64,000 nucleotides of DNA, from positions 28,832,001 to 28,896,000 of the forward strand of contig NC_086118.1 of NCBI RefSeq assembly GCF_963921235.1. Direction: 5' to 3'. A program made the translations under genes and the position numbers. A model generated the notes under the pieces. That model had not been told where the DNA came from. It saw only the letters and a program-made list of their open reading frames with translations, and did not search any database. This document shows positions 49,875 to 60,490 of the stretch, one piece after another; position 1 is the stretch's first letter; the number at the start of each line of letters is the position of its first letter. The DNA comes from Mobula hypostoma. Lineage: Eukaryota.

Positions 49875-51287
49875 TAGTTGATGCCGTTTAATTAGTCCTT
49901 TGGTTAATCAGGGCAGCCATTTACTTGGGACAACACTTAAAGAACAAAAACTAATAGCCAGGAATCCTTTTTTTTATTTAGGACACTATGTCACTTAATT
50001 GGGACAGGAGACTGGTGCTAAACAGTTCCTCACTAGTGTCAATCACGTGAACTTGTGTGCCTGTTCGAGACTATGCCATGTTTAGAGCGAACAGTTTTTA
50101 AATGATGTCAGTAGTGTGTGAACAACAGGAATTCTGCAGATGCTGGAAATTCAAGCAACACACATCAAAGTTGCTGGTGAACGCAGCAGGCCAGGCAGCA
50201 TCTCTAGGAAGAGGTAGAGTCGACGTTTCAGGCCGAGACCCTTCGTCAGGTCTCTCAGTAGTGTGTGTTTGTGTTCAATTAGCAGTGATTAACATCACTG
50301 ATAGATGGCAAGAAGTGAGCAGTAAAACAATTTAGAATTGTTCTGCTCACTGTAGTTTCAAGCATTCAGGCTTGGAGACGCCAGAAATAAGAAATATGAA
50401 GAATTTGAAGGTAGCGACAATCTTCTTGAATGTTACAATGAAAAAGAAGTTTTGAGGATGAAATCGTCAAAAGATTGTATGAAGGCAGACCAATATCTTT
50501 ACTAGATGTCTGTGCTAAATTTGTTCATTTAGTCAATCACAAGAACACAACAGCGTGTTGTTTGTCCGTTGTATCCGATGATGACAGTGAAACCTGTGTG
50601 AGAGAGTCTTTAAAGAGGAAAACCCATTACACTTAACCTTGGTCGTCCAGGTCCAGTGGTAAGAGTAGACATCACAAACTGGGGTCTCCCTTTGTTGCAG
50701 TGGACCATGTCTTCTTCTGTGCCTTCCCTCTCCATGAAGCACTGCAGAACTGCATTTTTGTTTGTTGGATCTCACTGCTGATCTCATCCGCCCGCCCAGC
50801 GTGCTGGACATGACTTCACATGCCAGAACAGGCATTTCCCTATCTTACTGGGGTATGATGCCCACTGGGTGCCCTCAACTGATTTAGCCTGCCTATTGAA
50901 GTAGTATCCCGTGGTGTGGCCTCCGTCGCCATACTTGGAGCCATAGGTGAGGGCCGACTGTCTGGTGGAGACAAAAGCTGAGCAAGTCAACCCAGAACGG
51001 ACATGGTAAGCCACTTCAGCAGAGGTGCAGCTCCTTTCTTGATGTCCCACATGTGGCATTGTACATTGGATGAAACCCTCTGTCAATAACTGTTAGGAAC
51101 TACAGATCTATAGTACTGTAGTAGTATTGGTAGTGTTCTAATTTGTTCTGCATTTTATTTAAAAACAAAATTTGTTACTCAGTTGGTAGTTGTCTTTTTT
51201 GTACATTTTTAACTATTTCCAAGAAACTTGGCTAATTGGGCCAAAATGTATTGGCCCTGATGTGTCCTAATTAACCGGACTCAACTG
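49875..51287. mobile_element. Tc1/mariner (pogo/Tigger-like) non-autonomous element with nested insertions
   Basis: Degenerate TIRs TAGTTGATGCCGTTTAATTAG / CTAATTAACCGGACTCAACTG, each flanked by TA; contains 50121-50254 and ~50555-51060. Confidence 0.65.
50121..50254 (-). mobile_element. 134-bp Penelope pseudo-LTR terminal insertion carrying a hammerhead motif
   Basis: 13-bp TSD TCAGTAGTGTGTG (50108-50120, 50255-50267); minus strand C CUGACGA AGG-GUCUCGG-CCU GAAA CGUC GACUC at ~50217-50250. Confidence 0.88.
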
Positions 51288-51815
51288 TATTTTACTCAAA
51301 ACTATCTGGAGATGTATTCTTGAGATTTTCAAGGAAAAGAAAAATATTTGATGTATCATTCAACAACATGTGACTGCTTTGGGATTGTAATCAGGAATTG
51401 TTTTTTTGTGGATTTGAGCAATAAGAGTTTTTCTTAGTAATTAGACTGGCTGAAGACAGATTGATCGCTTAGATTTGTACTAGATTTGGGAAATGTTCAA
51501 AAATATTAGAAGTATATCGTAATACATAATCCACAACCAGAGTGAAAGGAAGTTAGCTACCAGAATAGTCATTGTACCAAATTTGCAGACTTAACCCATT
51601 TGTAGTGGCTGTAATGGAGGTCTCTAACTAAATGTGGCCATCGTGTACCAGTTTACTTTCTGCTTTGCACAAACCTTCGCAGATGTGGTCAATATGACAT
51701 TAAGAAATGTGTGTGCTTAATAAAATAGCATTTTACTATTTCAAGACATGATATAAGTAAAATACTGTGCTTTTCACAATTCTTAATCTATCTGGAACAT
51801 TATTTTATTTTTCAG

Positions 51816-51827
51816 GCTTGGTCACAG
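51816..51827 (+). other. Candidate 12-nt microexon
   Basis: TTATTTTATTTTTCAG|GCTTGGTCACAG|GTAATT; splice-site pattern only. Confidence 0.2.
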
Positions 51828-53918
51828 GTAATTTGTAGGATTTCTTGTTCTGGTATCTTTCTTATTTTTCAGCTGATAATCACTCTTTCTAATTATTATG
51901 ACATCTTCATGTGCAAAGTTAATTAACTGCACTGCAACAGTCTATAAACTCCACAGTCAATTCTGAAAGCCATATTTAATTCTGAGACCACGACTTGGAA
52001 TTCACTGTCAGCAGTGAAATGGGTTTTGCAACTTGGTGAAGCCTTGTGGAAAGCCGCCCACAAAGATTTAGGAATCTCTGTGGTTTGATCTTCAATATTT
52101 TTCAAAATTGCAACTAAATTTAGGCTTTGGTTCAGTGGTGGCACCCAGCAATATCGGCATTAGCTGAACACTTTGCTTTCTTGTATATGCCAAACCTAGA
52201 AGAAAAGCATTGTTTTGTCATACATTAAACAGATTACAAAGCATAGGGTACAGTATATATGCAAAATACACTCAATTCTGTAATATCATATACAAACTTC
52301 ATTATATGTTGAAATATTTGTCTGACACACACAACTTTTTTTTAGAGCTTGAGAGTTTGCTAAGCAGTAGTTATAGCTTTGTGCATCATTAACTATTCAC
52401 TCGCGCTACCCACAACAAGCTGGAACACTTCAGGAGTATCTTACAGCAAGAATAGTTCATAAACCCCTAAAGTTCTCAACAGATCATTTGGCTACTCTGG
52501 AGAAAGCCATAAAACAATGTAAGCTTTAGAGAAGCAGGGAGTCTCTGACAGCAATTCTGACTCTCTTCAGTGCAATGAGTGCACTCTGGAAGTTGTCTCT
52601 CTATATCACAGCAAAAACGGTAAAATATGGATTTCATGTTACGTATTTTGTCATTCACTGTGAGTAAACTAGAAGTTAATCATAATTAATCAAAGCTTAA
52701 TTTGGTGATTTATAAAATATTTTGTTTAATACCAGATACGCTTAGACTGCTTAAATTTTTGTTTAGTCACATGGCTTAATATTAATAATTGACATTAATA
52801 TTTTCTCCACATTACATTTCCATTATTTTCACAAGAAATTGCATATTTATCTTGGGATCAAATCTTGTCTTAGATCACAGGAATTGCTTTTAAAAGGGAT
52901 GCATTTTAATGTACGACAAAATGAGGCCTACTGGTCACTGATCAACCAAGCTAAAGGATAATGGGAGGATCAAAGATTGTCTTTTCTTTACCTCTGTAGA
53001 CAAATATTAAACTTGACAAAATCCAGCTGGCTTTGTCATGCACCATTGCTTTCAACAAGGATGCAAATTTTATCCTTTAAATCATAGTAAGACTATTAGG
53101 TGTAGTTCAATCCTGAAACTAGGAGGCCATACAATGCAATAGATGTTGATAACGTTTAATTACACCCGTCTCAAGTTTCCAAATGGAAATTTACATTTCA
53201 AAAGTGCAACCTACCACACATTGCTTTTATATAAAAAATGCTCCTTAATCTTTTGCCTCATGAGAATTAATTATATAGTAAAAAAAACACATTTTTTTTC
53301 CTCAGGTGTTTCATATTGGAAAGAACCATCAGAAGTTGTGTGACTGCATTGTTATATTCTGTGGCAGGACATCAAAAGAATATTACCACTGTGTTTTGGC
53401 ACAAGACTTGAAAAAACGTTACATCTCCCTCCATGTGTATCACTTTAATAATTTCAACAATGTGGTTTATTTCATGATGGTTAGTCACTTCTGGGATTGG
53501 CAATTGCAGTCATGGTTTGTCCTCAGGGTGGTTTTTATACTGATAATCCCAAAAGGTGTGAATGATCAAACAAAGTGTTTAACAAATAAGAGAAAAGAGC
53601 CAAGGAGCATCGAAAAGAGAGTCAGTGGTTATGTGTTTCTGTCTAAATACTTCCAATCTGCATATATTACTATAATTCATGGGAACATTAGGTGAGGAAT
53701 ATATTGGTATTGATATTTGTTGATTATTGTCACATGTGCAATGCCTGTCTTGCAAACTGTTTATACAAGTTATTGCACACTACATTGAGCTAAAATAAGA
53801 TAAAAGAATAACAATGCAAAATAACTTGTAAAAGCTACCGAAAAAATGCTGTGCAGGTAACAATAAGTTGCAAGATCATAATAAGGTAGATGGCAAGACC
53901 ATAGTGATTTTATAGAAG

Positions 53919-54146
53919 CCATGCTGCCCAATAATCCCCTGATTTAATCTGAGCCTAATCTCAGGACAACTTTACATTGACTAATTAACCTTCTAACCAG
54001 TACATGTTAGTACTGGGAGGAAACCAGAGCACCCGGAGGAAACCCACATGGTCAGAGGGAGCAAGTACAAACTCTTTACAAGCAGTGGCAGGAATTGAAC
54101 CCAGGTCTCCTGAACTGTAAATTGTTGTGATAACGACTACGCCACC
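53919..54146 (-). mobile_element. tRNA-derived V-SINE-type SINE
   Basis: Minus-strand A box TGGCGTAGTCG and B box GGTTCAATTCC followed by GTGGGTTTCCTCCGGGTGCTCTGGTTTCCTCCCA core. Confidence 0.8.
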
Positions 54147-56101
54147 TTGACATCCTCGTACTTCCTTCTGTCTGGAACATGCCTGTCCTGTACTCTCTGT
54201 ACACCTGGCTCTGTGAATTTGAAACGGCCAAAAAATAGTGCGCAATGGGCTTGGTGAGAGTTAAGGCGTTTAGTAGTTTGGATGTATGCCAGATTCTTAT
54301 GGTCTGTCCAGACGATGAATGGATGTTCAGCTCCCTCCAGCCAGTGCCTCCACTCCTCCAAGGCGAGTTTGACGGCCAGCAACTCCCGGTTCCCAACGTT
54401 GTAGTTCCGTTCGGCGGGGGATGGACGGTGAGAGTGGAGGCGCGGGGATGGAGCTTTTGGTCTGGGACGGAGCGTTGGGAGAGGACCGCTCCCACCCCAG
54501 AGTCGGAGGCGTTGACTTCCACAATGAATTGGCGAGAGGGATCAGGTTGGACCAGGATGGGAGCGGAGGTGAAACACCTCTTCAGCTCCAAAAAGGCTGA
54601 GTCCGCTTCGGGGGTCCAGTGGAAAGGTGTGGCAGGAGAGGTGAGCTGAGAAAGGGGCGCAGCCACCCAGCTGTAATCACTGGTGAAGTGACGGTAGAAG
54701 TTTGAGAGCCCCAGAAATCATTGGAGTTGTTTGTCCATCGTGGCTTTTGGCTACTCCGCCACCACCCGGATCTTTTCGGGATCTGCCCAGTATCCCAGGA
54801 AAGTGACGGAACGGGCATGGAACTTGCACTTCTCTGCCTTAACAAATAGCTTGTTCTCCAAAAGCTTCTGAAGGACCTGACAGACATGGTGGGTGTGCTC
54901 CTGATGATTATGGGAGAAGATTAGGATGTCGTCCAAATAAACGAAAACAAAATGGTTAATGAAGTCCCTAAGGATATCGTTTACTAGGGCTTGGAAGACA
55001 GCGGGGGCATTGGTGAGACCAAATAGCATGACCAGATATTGGAAATGACTGAAGGGGGTGTTAAAAGCTGTTTTCTATTCATCTCCCTCCCTTATCCTGA
55101 CCAGATGATAGGCATTGTGCAAGTCCAACTTAGAGAAAATTGTGGCTCCGTGAAGAGGCTCGAATGCTGAATTGATAAGGGGCAGTGGATACTTATTCTT
55201 TATGGTGATATTGTTCAGATCACGGTAGTCAATGCAGGGGTGCAGTGAGCCGTCTTTCTTCCCCACAAAGAAGAAACCTGTGCCTACAGGGGAAGATGAG
55301 GGTCGGATAATGCCAGTCGCGAGAGAGTCATTTACATACACCTCCATAGCTTCTCTTTCTGCTTGGGACAGGTTGTACAGCCGACTGCTGGGAGGTGAGG
55401 CTCCAGGGAGAAGGTCAATTGTGCAATCGTAAGGGCGATGTGGAGGCAGAGAAAGTGCCCATTGCTTGCTGAACACTTCTCCCAGATCATGATACTCTAC
55501 GGGAACCTTGGATAAGTCGGGGGGTTCAGAGGCGGGCGAGGTCATGGTGACCTCCACTGGGGTAAGGGCTGATTGTAGACAAGTGGAATGGCAGAATGAA
55601 CTCCAGCTGACTACCTTCCCGGTGGACCAGTCGATGTGGGGGTTATGACAGCTCAACCAGGGGTAACCAAGAACTATAGGGGCTTGAGGAGAGGAAATTA
55701 AACTGAATCATACCTGTTCCTGATGGTTTCTGGAGAGAAGGAGAAACAAAGGTTCTGTGCAGTGTGTGACTCGGGCCATCAGTCTACCGTCCAGCGTCTG
55801 GGCTTCCAGGGGGGTACTCAATGGCTCACGAGGAATTCCAGCTTGGAAGGCTAAGTTTTCATCCAATAAGTTTCCTTCTGTGCCAGAGTCCACTGGTGCT
55901 AACAGAGGCAAGGACTGTTAGTTGTAACACAAAGTAGCTTAAACCTGCAGCTGGGGTCGGGATAAGGAAGGGAATGTTGTCTGGCTCACCATGGTCCCCC
56001 TTTCTACTGGTGAGCCTTCCCTTTTGGCCGAAGGGGACAGGTAGTAAGGAAGTGGCCGGACTGGCCGCAATATAGACACTCACCGCTCTCAATCTCCGCA
56101 G

Positions 56102-57040
56102 TCATTCTGTGGGAGAAAGACGGTTCCGTCCCAGCTGCATGGGTTCCTCTCCCGGGGCAGAGGAAATGGCAGAGCTGGGAACTACTCGGGGTGCAGGAGG
56201 AGGAGAGAGGCTTGTTCTGGCTGGAGGCGGTAATGAGTGCTGAGAAGTGGCCAAAGGCAGTGGACGACCAGTTCTTTCTCTATGGTGTTCTTGGAGGCGA
56301 TTGTCCAACCTGGTGGCTAGGGAGATCAGGGAGTCCAGGCTGTTGATGTCATCTCTTGCCACCAACTCGTCCTTCACCAGGTCACTGAGTCCATTCAGAA
56401 AAACCCCTTGGAGTGACTCATCGTTCCACCCCAAGTCGGCAGCTAACATCCGGAACTCCACGGAATATTCGGCAACACTGCAAAAGCCCTGACGGAGAAT
56501 GAGTAGACGCTTGGCGGCGTCTTTACCACAGACAGGGTGGACAAAGATCTTTCTCATTTCTGCGATAAAAGTGGCGAAAGAAGAGCAGATATCCGGTTGG
56601 TTGTCCCAAACAGCTGTGGCCCACGTTAATGCATTTCCCTGCAACAACCCCATGATATAAGCAATCTTTGACTTATCCATGGAATAAGTTAACGACTGCT
56701 GTTCAAACACCAAGGAGCACTGAAGGAGGAAGGCCCAGCACTTCCCCAATTCTCCCGCGTAGTGCTCCAGTTCACGTACGTGAGGCTCCCTTGGCGGGGG
56801 TGTTGGTGACACATGGGGGGTTGCCGCTACAGGCTGCCTGGGCTGGTTAGAGAGGGTTCCAGGAGTGGGTTGAGTGAAATGAGTGGAGACACGGTCCACC
56901 TGGTTACCGATCTGCGTGACGTGAGCAGACAGGGAACGGAGGCTCTCCATGACCCCCCGGAGGAGTTGGTCATGCTGGCCCAGTAGGGAACCCCGGCTGG
57001 CAAGGGCTTGTTGAAAGTCTTTTGTGTCCGCTGGGTCCAT
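56102..57040 (-). pseudogene. gag: gag ORF of the sushi-type element (312 codons open, premature stop before the CCHC knuckle)
   Basis: MDPAD..HYAGELGKCWAFLLQCSLVF..KIAYIMGLLQGNALTWATAVW..SVAEYSVEFR..EEPMQLG; TGA at 56102-56104; CLYCGQSGHFLTTCP follows out of frame (~56035-56080). Confidence 0.9.
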
Positions 57041-57453
57041 GATGGCCAGATCATTCTGTTGCAAGGAACGGGACGAACATGAACACAGGACATTGGCACG
57101 GAGCTAGAGTTAGGATGCAGACGAGGGTGTAAGTGTGACTGGAGCTGCATGGCAAACAGGAGACAGGCAGCAGGCAATTCTTATCTTGACACGGAACGTT
57201 GCTGAATTTGAATGGCAAACAAGAAAGGCAAGCGGCAGACAAAACTTATCTTGACACGGAGCGTTGCTAAGCTTAACGGCAAATGGAAAGGCAAACAGCA
57301 GACAATACTTACCTTGACACGGAGAGACAGAGTTACACAGGTAAACCTCGGTGCTGAAGTAAAACTTAAGATACACAATCCTAAGCGGCCGGGAACGTGA
57401 ATTACCACACTGGCTAAACAACGATCTGGCGATGAATAGATGCAAATCCGGGA

Positions 57454-57461
57454 TATTTATA
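57454..57461 (-). promoter_or_regulatory. LTR TATA box (TATAAATA)
   Basis: Lies ~31 nt upstream of the segment (57420-57430) complementary to the primer-binding site. Confidence 0.65.
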
Positions 57462-57769
57462 CTGCAGGTTTAAATGAAAATCAGGTGTGCCACAATCAAA
57501 GGGAATTGGGAGAATATAGGGAATTAACAGTCTGGACCGTGACAGAAGCTTGTTGAACCAAATCCTGACCTTTCTGACACTGGCCCTCTCCACAATGGCC
57601 GCTCCACTTACACGTCCCTTCTTTACATTGGCTTAAATAAAACTCACTCCTGACCAGACTTGTTCTTTTTCAAATGGCTCCAGCACTGCAATGATGCCAA
57701 TTTCTCTCTCCCTAATTCAATGAATGAATATCAGTCCACTCTCTGCATACTCATGAGTATGAGTTAAGA

Positions 57770-57995
57770 GGCTCTTAAACATCCCTGTCACGTGTGCTTC
57801 CATTACCACTCCATATCCCAGTCACCCATGACTCTGTGTATAAAAGATAACTTGCTCTGCACATCTCCTTCAAACTTTGCCCTCTCATTTTAAATGCATG
57901 CCCTTTTTTATTAATTCATTTTGGCTCTGGGAAAAAGATACCGACTAGTTATCTATGTTTCCCATTATTTGTAAACTTCTATGAGGTTTCCCCTT
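57770..57995 (-). mobile_element. CR1-type LINE 3' fragment (degenerate)
   Basis: Reverse complement resembles CR1 3' region at 28080-28310 (AGGGCATGCATTTAAAATGAGAGGGCAAAGTTTGAAGGAGATGTGCAG). Confidence 0.55.
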
Positions 57996-59343
57996 CCTTA
58001 TTTGTATTGATGTTTTTTCTGTAGTTCCTATCTTGAAATATTGACTGCCTTCTGTGTACACATAGTATTTCAAGATAATATAACCCATTGATTCCATCTT
58101 GGTATTATTGTGTAAGAATTGCTTTCAATGTCCTGGATTATGTTCAGATGTAATAACAAAATATTAATGTTTGAGATTCTATACTGTAAAGTAACCTCCA
58201 CATATTGGTAAATGCTACCGAACCACAGGAAATAAAGTGAGGTTTTAATAATTAAAAATAAATGAGGATTTTAATTATTGAAGTTCTTAGAGTCTTGCCA
58301 AATATATTCAAGGATCAAAATAAATCTTTCCAGAATCTAAACTGTTAATGGAGTTATAGATTTTTTGAGGTGAATTAAAGGCCATGACAAGTTTCTCTAC
58401 TATCAATTCAAGCTTCTGAATTGTGAAAAAAAAGAATCCTAGAGGTCTTCACCACTGTAAGCAGACATTCCAATAATAATGTAAAATTTAAATACTGCTG
58501 TTTAACTCCCCTAGATATCACAACTCTTAATTTACATATTAATCTCTTAGAAGAGTTGAATGATTTTGTCTATTGTGAATTTTTTTTTGTGCAAAAATTC
58601 AAAACTCATGACTCCACTGAGCCTCATGTTGGACCCCATTGCCTTTGCAATCCAGAGGTTCTCAGGAAGTTAAGAATGAAGCATAAAAGTTGCTGATAAT
58701 AAATCGTTCTTATTAGGTGTTACAAGAGCGAAGGACAGAAGGGAAGAAGCATGGAGAGAAAGAGCAAAGAAAGAACAAAAAACAAAGGTGCCCTGGCCTT
58801 GTTGCATCAGAGTACTGAATTCCATTCACAACATTAACCAATGAACTAGCTAAATTCAAGTAAAAACAAGAAGTTTCCAGAAAAGTAAGAGGCAACTGTA
58901 GCCACTGAATGCCTCACTGAATAATTAAATGTATATCGGTGATTATATAAAAACACGAAAAAAGCATAGGCAAGTTAAATTACATGAAAATCACTCACAA
59001 AAGCACACCAGGACAAGGGAGGCCATTCAGCCCTTGAACCTGATTTCATTCAATAGGAAAATGTCTGTTTTTGGAACATAACTCTGTTTTTGACTTCAGA
59101 TTCTCAACCCCTAATACCCCTAACCTACAAGTTAATGGAGCTGAGTGACATCTTCAAACCATAAATACATGGTATCAGATAAATGCAATTAAATGCATTC
59201 CTAAATTGATTGATTTGCAGGTGATATTGCTTTATATGATGTTGTATCACAGTCAAGTGAAAATGAACAAAAAGGCCAACTAGTTTACAGTATTAACTTT
59301 CATTGGGCTATCCAGTGAAATATTGTCTTCTTCTCTGGGACAG

Positions 59344-59418
59344 GAAATGGAGGACATTTCACATGATCTACGAAAAAAGTCTAAAGAGGAGAAGGAATCG
59401 ATTGAGAAGACAAAACCG
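59344..59418 (+). CDS. Candidate coding exon of an unidentified host gene (EMEDISHDLRKKSKEEKESIEKTKP)
   Basis: Acceptor TCTTCTTCTCTGGGACAG| (alternative acceptor at 59220), strong Kozak GAAATGG at 59347, purine-rich open frame, donor CCG|GTAAGA; 75 nt; lies in repeat-free DNA. Protein not recognised. Confidence 0.45.
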
Positions 59419-59989
59419 GTAAGAATATTTTTCTTCTACACTATTCTATCATGGGAGAAGATCTCTAAACATTAATTTAAAAGTTTACACTTGTATTAAA
59501 ATATGTAATCCTTGTATGTGTATTGGGCCCTTTAATAATTTAAACTAGAGTCACTGTTCAATTTCATATGTAAGATAATATGATACCAACACATTTACAT
59601 TTAAAAATAACGTAAATGGATATTATATATTGTAATAACATAGCAAATATGCAATTTCAATTTCTCTCAGACCAACTTTCTGAAGATATGACTACTTTAA
59701 ATTGTTCACACATCCTATAATGCGAAAATATATTTAAGTTCTTGAATATGGAGAATCAGATCAAAGCAATAACTTCATACTTTCACAAACTTAGTTTCTT
59801 GCTCCTTTGATGATCAGATAAGATTACTCAATCAGAAGCTAAAGACACATGAATCAGTCTAGTTTCCAATTTCTACACTAGATCTCTGCTCGATTAGCTG
59901 ATCTCATCTGAAGCTGCATATCCATACCACAAGTTATATTGAGGAAACAAAATCAGATTTCCACTTCCAGATTACTATCCATTAAACAT

Positions 59990-60490
59990 TAGACCATAAT
60001 AACTTTCAACATAGGAGCAGAATTTGGGCCATCCAGCTCAATGAGTCTGTTTCACCATAAAATCATATTTTCCCTCTCAACCCCATTCTCCAGCTTTCTC
60101 CTTGTAATCTTTGATACTCTTATAAATTGAAAACCTGTCCACCTCCACTTTAAATATACTCAATGACTTGGCCTCCACAACCATCTGTAGCAATGAATTC
60201 CACAGATTTACTAACCCTGGCTAAAGAAATTCCCCCTCAACTCTGTTGCAAAGGGGCGTCCATCTATTCTAAAGCTGTGCCTCTGGTCTTCGATTCTCCC
60301 ACTCTGTCCATGTCTACGCTATCTAGGCCTTTCAATATCAGTACGGTTCTAATCATTCTAAATTCCAGCAAGTACAGGCCTACAGCCATCGTTATACATT
60401 AACCATTTCATCCCTGGGATCATTCTAGCAAACCTTCTCTGGACCCTATCCAATGCCAGCACAATCTTTCTGAGATATACAGCCCAACAT
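59990..60490 (-). mobile_element. CR1-type LINE 3' fragment
   Basis: Reverse complement gives LALDRVQRRFARMIPGMKWLMY and GAATCTGTGGAATTCATTGCTACAGATGGTTGTGGAGGCCAAG, typical CR1 3' region and tail. Confidence 0.78.

Larger units (their letters stand above)
54210..57544 (-). mobile_element. Tf1/sushi-group Ty3/Gypsy LTR retrotransposon, 3'-truncated (5' LTR, gag, protease, RT, RNase H; no integrase or 3' LTR)
   Basis: LTR 57057-57544 (TGTCAC...GCAACA on minus); protease [73 protein letters not shown]; RNase [44 protein letters not shown]; few stops/frameshifts. Confidence 0.95.

Noticed and set aside
54080..54146. tRNA gene (also 30495-30560)
   Set aside because: A/B boxes are SINE heads followed by SINE core; no complete cloverleaf.
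56102..57064. Host gene PEG10/RTL1 call
   Set aside because: Has its own LTR and disrupted pol; those genes are mammalian domestications; this is a transposon copy.
57746..57761. Perfect 16-bp palindrome CATACTCATGAGTATG
   Set aside because: About one such palindrome is expected by chance in 64 kb.
59347..59418. Assigning a gene symbol (faint resemblance to charged N-termini of some solute carriers)
   Set aside because: Low-complexity Lys/Glu peptide of 24 aa; no downstream exons in window to confirm.
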